DNA of 64,000 nucleotides from an uncultured Bacilli bacterium (GTDB lineage Bacteria; Bacillota_I; Bacilli_A; RFN20; CAG-826): NCBI GenBank assembly GCA_944368975.1, contig CALVXI010000002.1, positions 111,110 to 175,109 of the forward strand, read 5' to 3'. Shown piece by piece: positions 57,518 to 64,000 of this stretch (position 1 is its first letter; each line of letters starts with the position of its first letter). The notes under the pieces were generated by a model. It saw only the letters and a program-made list of their open reading frames with translations, ran no database searches and was not told where the DNA came from. The position numbers and the translations under genes were made by a program.

Positions 57518-60500
57518 ATGTTTGATGTTAATGAATTAAGTAGTATTAAGGTAGGTCTTGCCTCCCCTGAAAAAATTAGAGAATGGTCTCATGGTGAAGT
57601 TACTAAACCTGAAACCATTAATTATCGTAGTCAAAAACCTGAAATGGATGGTCTTTTCTGCGAAAAAATCTTTGGTCCTAGCAAGGATTATGAATGTCAT
57701 TGTGGTAAATACAAGAAAATTCGTTACGCTGGCGTTGTTTGTGAAAAATGTGGCGTCGAAGTTATCACAAAAGAAGTTCGTAGAGAAAGAATGGGTCATA
57801 TCGAACTTGCTAGTCCATGTTCCCATATTTGGTATTTAAAGGGTATTCCATCAAGAATGGGTCTTGTTCTTGATATTTCCCCTAAAAACTTAGAAGAAGT
57901 AATTTATTTTATTTCCCATATTTGTTTAAATCCAGGAAATAGTAAGGTTCTTCACTATAAAGAATTTATCGATAGTTATAGCGGAAGAGAATTATTTATT
58001 TCTGCAATTAAAGATATATGTTTAGGATTAGAAGATAAAAGTTATGGTAAAGAAAGAGGCTTAGCTCTTATCAATAAACTTGAAAATCCTAATGAAACTT
58101 TTGATTACTTTGGATGTGCTGATTATATTCATGAATTTACCGGAGCTGAATTCGGTGAAGGTGCCCAAGCAATTAAAAGATTATTAAAAGAAGTTGATCT
58201 TGATGCTGAATTTGAAAATATTTCTTTACAAATTAAAGAAGCTCAAGGCCAAAAATTAACTAAATTAACAAAAAGACTTGAAGTTATTAATGCTTTTAGA
58301 AAAAGTGGTAATAAACCAGAATGGATGATTCTTGATACATTACCAGTTATACCTCCAGATCTTCGTCCAATGCTTCAACTTGATGGTGGACGTTATGCAA
58401 CAAGTGATTTAAACGATTTATATCGTCGTGTTATTACTCGTAATAATCGTTTAAAAAGAATGATTGAAGATGATGCTCCATATACTTGTTTAGTTAATGA
58501 AAAAAGAAGTCTTCAAGAAGCAGTTGATGCTTTATTTGATAATGGTAGAAGAAATGGTAAACCTGTTACTGGTGTAAATAATCGTCCTTTAAAATCTCTT
58601 AGTGGTGCATTAAAAGGTAAACAAGGTAGATTCAGACAAAATTTACTTGGTAAACGTGTTGATTATAGTGGCCGTAGTGTTATTGCTGTTGGACCAAGTT
58701 TAAAAATGTATCAATGTGGTTTACCACGTGAAATGGCTATTAGTTTACTTAGACCATTTATTGCAAGTGTTTTAATTAGAGAAGGTAAATGTTTATTACA
58801 TAAACAAGCTGATCGTAAAATTGATGCACGTGATGAAGATGTTTTAAATGTTGTTGAAAGAATTATTTCCGAACACCCAGTGTTATTAAACCGTGCTCCA
58901 ACTCTTCACCGTCTTGGTATACAAGCTTTCCAACCAGTATTAGTTGATGGCCGTGCAATTAGATTACACCCACTTGTTTGTACTGGATTTAATGCTGACT
59001 TCGATGGTGACCAAATGGCAGTTCACGTTCCACTTGGAAAAGCAGCTCAAGAAGAAGCAATTAATTTAATGTTAGCAAGCAATAATATTCTTGCGCCAAA
59101 AGATGGAAAACCAATCGTTACACCATCTCAAGATATGTTAATTGGTAATTACTATTTAAGTTTAGAAAATACAATTCAAAACTTTTTAGATAAAGCCAAA
59201 AAATATGAAGTTGCTGGCGATTTAGAAGAAGCTAATAAATATGTTGAATATTCTAAATTAGAAGGTAAAGTGTTTAAGGATATTGATGAATGTTACAAAG
59301 CTTATTTAACAAAAAATATTCATTTACACAATCGTATTGCTTTACCTGTAAAATCATTAAAGAAAACATTTACAGAAAATTTAGATGGTTATATTATCAC
59401 AACTGTTGGTAAAATGATTTTTAATTTAGTTTTCCCAAGTGATTTCCCTTACATTAATGAAGGTGGCTCACATTTATTTAGCGATATTTCTAATTATATT
59501 GTTCCAAAAGGAACTAATATTCCTGAATATATTGCTAACTTACCAATTCATGACCCAATTAAAAAAGGCGATATTACTAATATTATTGACCATGTTTTCC
59601 ATAAATATGGTTCAATAAAAACTAGTACAATCTTGGATAAGATTAAAGATCAAGGATTTAAATTCTCAACTATTAGTGGTTTAACTATTGCTATTAGTGA
59701 TATTAATGTTCTTGAAAGTAAAAATGATGAAATTTCTGTCGGTGATAAAAAAGTCGAAAAGATTCAAAAACTTTATGAAAGAGGTTTCTTAACTGATAAA
59801 GAAAGATATAATAAAGTCGTTTCTGTTTGGACTGAGATTACAAATAATGTTTCAAAAGAAGTTAGTGGTGCTTTAAAGAAAGACAACCGTAATCCATTAT
59901 TTATCATGAAAGATAGTGGTGCTAGAGGAAGTGATTCTAACTTCGCACAACTTATGGGTATGAGAGGTCTTATGGGTTCAACAAGTGGTGAAACTATTGA
60001 ATTACCTGTTAAATCCTGCTTTAGAGAAGGTCTTAACGTTGCTGAATTCTTTACTGGAACTCATGGTGCACGTAAAGGTGGTGCTGATACCGCTTTAAAA
60101 ACTGCTGACTCTGGTTATTTAACTAGAAGACTTGTTGATGTTTCACAAGATGTAATTATTAGAGAAGAAGATTGCCACACTGATCATGGTAGTATTGTTA
60201 GTGATATTATTGATACTGCTAAACAAGTTGTCATTGTTAAACTTGAAGATCGATTAGTTGGAAGATTTTCTTGCCACGATATTATTAATCCTAATACTAA
60301 TGAAGTTATTGTTAGTGCTAATACCTTAATTGATGAAGCTAAAGCTAAAGAAATTGTTAATGCTGGTATTAAGCAAGTTGAAATCCGTAGTTTATTTGGC
60401 TGTGAAACTAAAGATGGTGTTTGTGTCCATTGCTATGGTCGTAACTTAGCTACAGGTGAATTAGTTCATGTTGGTGAAGCAGTTGGTATTATGGCTGCTC

Positions 60501-61438
60501 AATCAATTGGTGAACCTGGTACCCAATTAACCATGAGAACATTCCACTCAGGTGGTGTTGCTGGTGGCGATATTACTCAAGGTTTACCTAGAGTTCAAGA
60601 ACTTTTTGAAGCTCGTAATCCAAAAGGTGAATCTACAATTAGTGAAATTAGTGGTGTTGTTACTGATATTACTGAAGATAATGGTATTTACACTGTTACT
60701 GTTACTAATGAACTCGAACAAAAAGAATATAAGACCAATTTTGGTGCAAAATTAAGAGTTAGTAAAGGTGATCACATTAAAAATGGCGGTAAGATTACTG
60801 AAGGTGCTATTTCACCAAAACGTTTACTCGAGGTTGCAGATGTTGGTAGTGTACAACGTTATATCATTAAAGAAGTTCAAAAGGTTTACCGCTCACAAGG
60901 TATCGGTATTAGCGATAAACATATCGAGGTTATCGTTAGACAAATGCTTAGAAAAGTTTATGTTATCGATGGCGGTGATACTGAGATGATCCCTGGTACA
61001 AGAGTTAGCTTAACTGAGTTTACTAGACTTAATAATGAAGCTTTATTACAAGGAAAACGTCCAGCCGTTTGTAGACCACTTGTTTTAGGTATCACAAAAG
61101 CTGCTCTTGAGACTGAAAGTTTCTTAAGCGCTGCAAGTTTCCAAGAAACTACAAGAGTTTTAACTGATGCTGCAATTAAAGGAAAGACCGATACTTTACA
61201 TGGTTTAAAAGAAAATGTTATTACTGGTAAACTAATTCCAGCAGGAAGAGGATTACTTAGTAATAGTGAAGAAAAAGCTTTATTGTCTAAATTCAACGTA
61301 TTAGAAGCAATGAAAGAAATTAAGAAACAATACTTAGGAAGTCATGATAAAAATTATGATAATTCTGATGTTGAGTTGAATAATATTACCATTGAAGAAC
61401 AATACGCAAATCCTGAGGATTTTAAAGATAATAATTAA
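57518..61438 (+). CDS. rpoC: DNA-directed RNA polymerase subunit beta'
   Basis: 1306 aa. Zn-finger CHCGKYKK...CEKCG and catalytic [12 protein letters not shown]. Confidence 0.98.
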   Translation: MFDVNELSSIKVGLASPEKIREWSHGEVTKPETINYRSQKPEMDGLFCEKIFGPSKDYECHCGKYKKIRYAGVVCEKCGVEVITKEVRRERMGHIELASPCSHIWYLKGIPSRMGLVLDISPKNLEEVIYFISHICLNPGNSKVLHYKEFIDSYSGRELFISAIKDICLGLEDKSYGKERGLALINKLENPNETFDYFGCADYIHEFTGAEFGEGAQAIKRLLKEVDLDAEFENISLQIKEAQGQKLTKLTKRLEVINAFRKSGNKPEWMILDTLPVIPPDLRPMLQLDGGRYATSDLNDLYRRVITRNNRLKRMIEDDAPYTCLVNEKRSLQEAVDALFDNGRRNGKPVTGVNNRPLKSLSGALKGKQGRFRQNLLGKRVDYSGRSVIAVGPSLKMYQCGLPREMAISLLRPFIASVLIREGKCLLHKQADRKIDARDEDVLNVVERIISEHPVLLNRAPTLHRLGIQAFQPVLVDGRAIRLHPLVCTGFNADFDGDQMAVHVPLGKAAQEEAINLMLASNNILAPKDGKPIVTPSQDMLIGNYYLSLENTIQNFLDKAKKYEVAGDLEEANKYVEYSKLEGKVFKDIDECYKAYLTKNIHLHNRIALPVKSLKKTFTENLDGYIITTVGKMIFNLVFPSDFPYINEGGSHLFSDISNYIVPKGTNIPEYIANLPIHDPIKKGDITNIIDHVFHKYGSIKTSTILDKIKDQGFKFSTISGLTIAISDINVLESKNDEISVGDKKVEKIQKLYERGFLTDKERYNKVVSVWTEITNNVSKEVSGALKKDNRNPLFIMKDSGARGSDSNFAQLMGMRGLMGSTSGETIELPVKSCFREGLNVAEFFTGTHGARKGGADTALKTADSGYLTRRLVDVSQDVIIREEDCHTDHGSIVSDIIDTAKQVVIVKLEDRLVGRFSCHDIINPNTNEVIVSANTLIDEAKAKEIVNAGIKQVEIRSLFGCETKDGVCVHCYGRNLATGELVHVGEAVGIMAAQSIGEPGTQLTMRTFHSGGVAGGDITQGLPRVQELFEARNPKGESTISEISGVVTDITEDNGIYTVTVTNELEQKEYKTNFGAKLRVSKGDHIKNGGKITEGAISPKRLLEVADVGSVQRYIIKEVQKVYRSQGIGISDKHIEVIVRQMLRKVYVIDGGDTEMIPGTRVSLTEFTRLNNEALLQGKRPAVCRPLVLGITKAALETESFLSAASFQETTRVLTDAAIKGKTDTLHGLKENVITGKLIPAGRGLLSNSEEKALLSKFNVLEAMKEIKKQYLGSHDKNYDNSDVELNNITIEEQYANPEDFKDNN

Positions 61439-61449
61439 TTATTAATAAT

Positions 61450-61480
61450 ACTGCTTGGTCTATTGGCCAAGCAGTTTTGT
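61450..61480 (+). terminator. Intrinsic terminator after rpoC
   Basis: Stem ACTGCTTGG/CCAAGCAGT plus a T-run. Confidence 0.8.
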
Positions 61481-61627
61481 TATAATTTATATTTTTAAAG
61501 CAAAAAAAGAAAAATAATCTAGTTTTGCAGGGTTTTTGACAAATAACTCCTAAAAATTTAATTTTATTTTTTTAAAAAAAGTTCTTTACAAAAGTATATT
61601 TTGTTTGTTATTATATTAGAGCGCAAC

Positions 61628-61703
61628 GGACCAGTGGTGTAGTGGTTAACATGTCACTCTGTCACAGTGAAGATCGCGAGTTCGACTCTCGTCTGGTCCG
61701 CCA
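61628..61703 (+). tRNA. tRNA-Asp (anticodon GUC)
   Basis: Acceptor GGACCAG/CTGGTCC, anticodon loop CT-GTC-AC, T-loop TTCGACT, CCA encoded. Confidence 0.93.
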
Positions 61704-61712
61704 GCCTAAAAT

Positions 61713-61788
<76 letters not shown>

Positions 61789-61800
61789 CGTTACGAAATT

Positions 61801-61836
61801 AAAGTTTGATAACAGAAGTTATTCAAACTTTTTTTA
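61801..61836 (+). terminator. Intrinsic terminator after the tRNA pair
   Basis: Stem AAAGTTTGATAAC/GTTA(T)TCAAACTTT plus a T-run. Confidence 0.8.
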
Positions 61837-62010
61837 TATTTTAATCTTAAAAAAATGATTTATCGATTTTTTTAAATTTTATGTAAATGATCATAAAATA
61901 TTAAAATTATAAATAATGGCCTAAATATAGTTGACATACAGCTTAAAAGTTAATTTTAAGTATAAATACTTAACAAATTGTTATATAATTAAACAAATTG
62001 AGGGTAATTT

Positions 62011-62799
62011 ATGGATGAAATTATAAAAATTAATAATCTTTACAAATCTTATGGTGAAAAAGAGGTTATTAAAGGAATATCTTTAGATATTTATCAAGGT
62101 GAAGTATTCGGTTTTATTGGTAAAAACGGTGTTGGTAAATCAACTACTATAGATTGCATGGTTGGAATTAAACCTTTTAATAGTGGTGAAATCTATTTAG
62201 ATGGTTTTTCTATTAAAAAGGATGCTATCAAAGCCAAGAAAACATTCGGCTATGTTAATAGTGAACCATTATGTTATGAAACTATGACAGGCCGTGAATA
62301 TATCCGATTTATTGCTTCGATTTATAAAGTCCGTGAGAAGGATTTTGAAAAAAGATTATATGAATTAGCAACTGAATTTGATATTTTAAATGATTTAGAT
62401 CGTTTGATTTCTCAATATTCACATGGTATGAAACAAAAGATAAGTTTAATTTCAAGTTTAATTTATAACCCAAAAATTTTAATTTTAGATGAACCTACTG
62501 TCGGACTCGATGTAATGGTTAGTCAAAGCTTATTCAAAATTATAGAAGAATATCGTAAAAATGGTAAAACTGTTTTCGTCACTTCACATAATATTGATTT
62601 TGTTAAACGAATTTGTGATCGCGTGGCTATTATAAATAATGGTAAAGTAATTTACTTACTTGACTTAAAAAATAAACCTCAATACCGTGAACATTTAGAA
62701 GAGATTTTTTTGAGTGTTTACTCAAGCGACATGAAAGAAGAAAAAGTAGGTAAGACCCAAACACATACAATCAATGTTGAAAACAAAGATTATAGGTAA
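62011..62799 (+). CDS. ABC transporter ATP-binding protein
   Basis: Walker A GKNGVGKST, signature YSHGMKQK, Walker B LILDEPT. Confidence 0.9.
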   Translation: MDEIIKINNLYKSYGEKEVIKGISLDIYQGEVFGFIGKNGVGKSTTIDCMVGIKPFNSGEIYLDGFSIKKDAIKAKKTFGYVNSEPLCYETMTGREYIRFIASIYKVREKDFEKRLYELATEFDILNDLDRLISQYSHGMKQKISLISSLIYNPKILILDEPTVGLDVMVSQSLFKIIEEYRKNGKTVFVTSHNIDFVKRICDRVAIINNGKVIYLLDLKNKPQYREHLEEIFLSVYSSDMKEEKVGKTQTHTINVENKDYR

Positions 62800-62804
62800 A
62801 AATT

Positions 62805-64000
62805 ATGGTATTTACTTTATTAAAAAAAGAATTTAATGCCAATAAAAATATAATTAATCGTCAGAATATCTGGATGAATATTTTTTCTTTAGTTATTAGT
62901 TTAATTTTAATGGCCTTAGAAATTACATTATTTGTTGGCGTAACATCAAGATTTGTTTTTTATGGCGATGGGGCTGAAGCATTCTTTATTATATTCGTGT
63001 ATGGATTAACTATTTTGGAACTTATTTTATGTACAAGAAAAATTTCTAAATCTTTGTATGATAAAAATGACAATATTATAATGCTTGTTAGACCTATACG
63101 AAGTAGTTCAATTATTTTAAGTAAACTTATCAATATTTACATAAGAGAAGTAATATCAGTTTTCTTTATAATTTATCCAATATTTATTTCTTATGGGATT
63201 TGTTCTAACTTAGCGCTTAGTTTTTATTTCATTAGTTTACTATATATAGTTCTTATACCTTTATTTATTATTGGTGTAGGGTTAGTTTTATCGATTTTTT
63301 ATTATTATATTTCATCATTTTTGGCTAATCATAACTTTTTGCAAATAATCTTAGGAATCGCATTTTTTATTGTTATTTGTTATTTTTACGGAATTGTTTT
63401 AAATTTTGTTACTAGTTTGGTCACTAGTGGTGATTCTAATGAATTAATTAATTTCTTTAATACAGAAAATATAAACGCAATGAAAAATGCTAGTATCTAT
63501 TTAGGGCCAACTAACTATATGATTAACGCTTTTTTAAATATTGATCTTGGTCAAAATATTTTATATAGTGCATTAATTTTAATTTTATCCTTTATTTTTG
63601 GTGTATTAATTGCTAGTGCTTTCTATTTATTAATTAGAAGAAGTAGCTTTTCAAAAACTCGTTATTATAGTTCAAATAAAGTTATTAATTCTCCATTTAA
63701 TGCCTTAATCAAAAAGGAAATTAATTTATTTTTTAGAGATACAAATTATATATTAAATTATATTGCTTTATTAGTTGCTGGACCTTATTTAATTTATATT
63801 ATCATCGTTGCAATTAATAATTTATTTACTGTTGGAAATATGGGTGCGTTTGCTAGTTTATTACCTGGTATTGTTGGTATCTTTGATATATTTATTATTG
63901 TTTTATTTACTGGGGTTATTAATAGTAGTGCTTCAACACTGATTTCAAATGAAAAAATGATGATTCGAATTAATAAAGTTCTTCCTATAAGTTATTTTAA
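62805..64000 (+). CDS. Polytopic membrane protein, putative ABC permease partner (3' end outside the window)
   Basis: ATG 5 nt after the stop codon of the ATPase gene. I read the frame as open to the window end, with many hydrophobic helices. Absent from the ORF track because no stop lies in the window. Confidence 0.6.
   Translation, partial: MVFTLLKKEFNANKNIINRQNIWMNIFSLVISLILMALEITLFVGVTSRFVFYGDGAEAFFIIFVYGLTILELILCTRKISKSLYDKNDNIIMLVRPIRSSSIILSKLINIYIREVISVFFIIYPIFISYGICSNLALSFYFISLLYIVLIPLFIIGVGLVLSIFYYYISSFLANHNFLQIILGIAFFIVICYFYGIVLNFVTSLVTSGDSNELINFFNTENINAMKNASIYLGPTNYMINAFLNIDLGQNILYSALILILSFIFGVLIASAFYLLIRRSSFSKTRYYSSNKVINSPFNALIKKEINLFFRDTNYILNYIALLVAGPYLIYIIIVAINNLFTVGNMGAFASLLPGIVGIFDIFIIVLFTGVINSSASTLISNEKMMIRINKVLPISYF

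Noticed and set aside
6137-61296. Other short overlapping ORFs: 6137-6337, 6258-6440, 7764-8096, 12818-13030, 13294-13476, 13793-14062, 16982-17209, 17785-17982, 20729-20935, 39020-39253, 46493-46771, 52538-52732, 56831-57016, 57536-57826, 57558-57839, 60552-60755, 60768-60989 and 60958-61296
   Set aside because: Each lies inside, and out of frame with or antisense to, a confidently identified conserved gene such as rpoB, rpoC, leuS, nrdD, metK, trpS or rplJ. None has a recognisable motif or RBS.
1237-61438. Mycoplasma-type genetic code (TGA read as Trp)
   Set aside because: Long conserved genes (polC, rpoB, rpoC, leuS, nrdD) are full length under the standard code with no in-frame TGA, and Trp positions use TGG. 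The window supports code 11.

Overview
AT-rich chromosome segment from a low-GC Firmicutes/Mollicutes-lineage bacterium that uses the standard genetic code. PolC, RpoB, RpoC, LeuS and others read intact with TGA as stop, and Trp is TGG. PolC, anaerobic NrdDG and PduL suggest an Acholeplasma/Erysipelotrichia-like anaerobe. Most of the window is housekeeping: rseP'-polC, tRNA-Arg(CCU), tdk, nrdDG, gmk, leuS, tex, pduL, a SAM-leader-metK unit, hpf, pgm, trpS and cysS. A Bacillus-type block follows: cysS-rlmB-sigH-like-rpmG-secE-nusG-rplKAJL-methyltransferase-rpoBC, then tRNA-Asp/Phe and an ABC transporter. The main accessory feature is a 13.4-kb integrated element (23882-37298). It sits in the 3' end of tRNA-Leu(GAG) and is bounded by a perfect 27-bp direct repeat. 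It carries a tyrosine integrase, an XRE repressor with a divergent operator region, an RHH gene, a replisome-organizer-like gene, very basic small proteins, a tightly coupled one-strand operon of about 9 exported/membrane proteins, and a polytopic-membrane P-loop ATPase. I see no recognisable capsid, terminase, tail, relaxase or VirB4 genes. I read it as a candidate capsid-less, plasmavirus-like (Acholeplasma virus L2-like) provirus, or alternatively a novel minimalist DNA-transfer element. Secondary points are a tandem pair of unusual membrane proteins sharing a conserved C-terminal domain (10.6-15.0 kb) and an AlbA_2/Schlafen-like gene next to tRNA-Arg with phased 11-nt repeats. All functional calls come from motif recognition by eye; no database search was possible.
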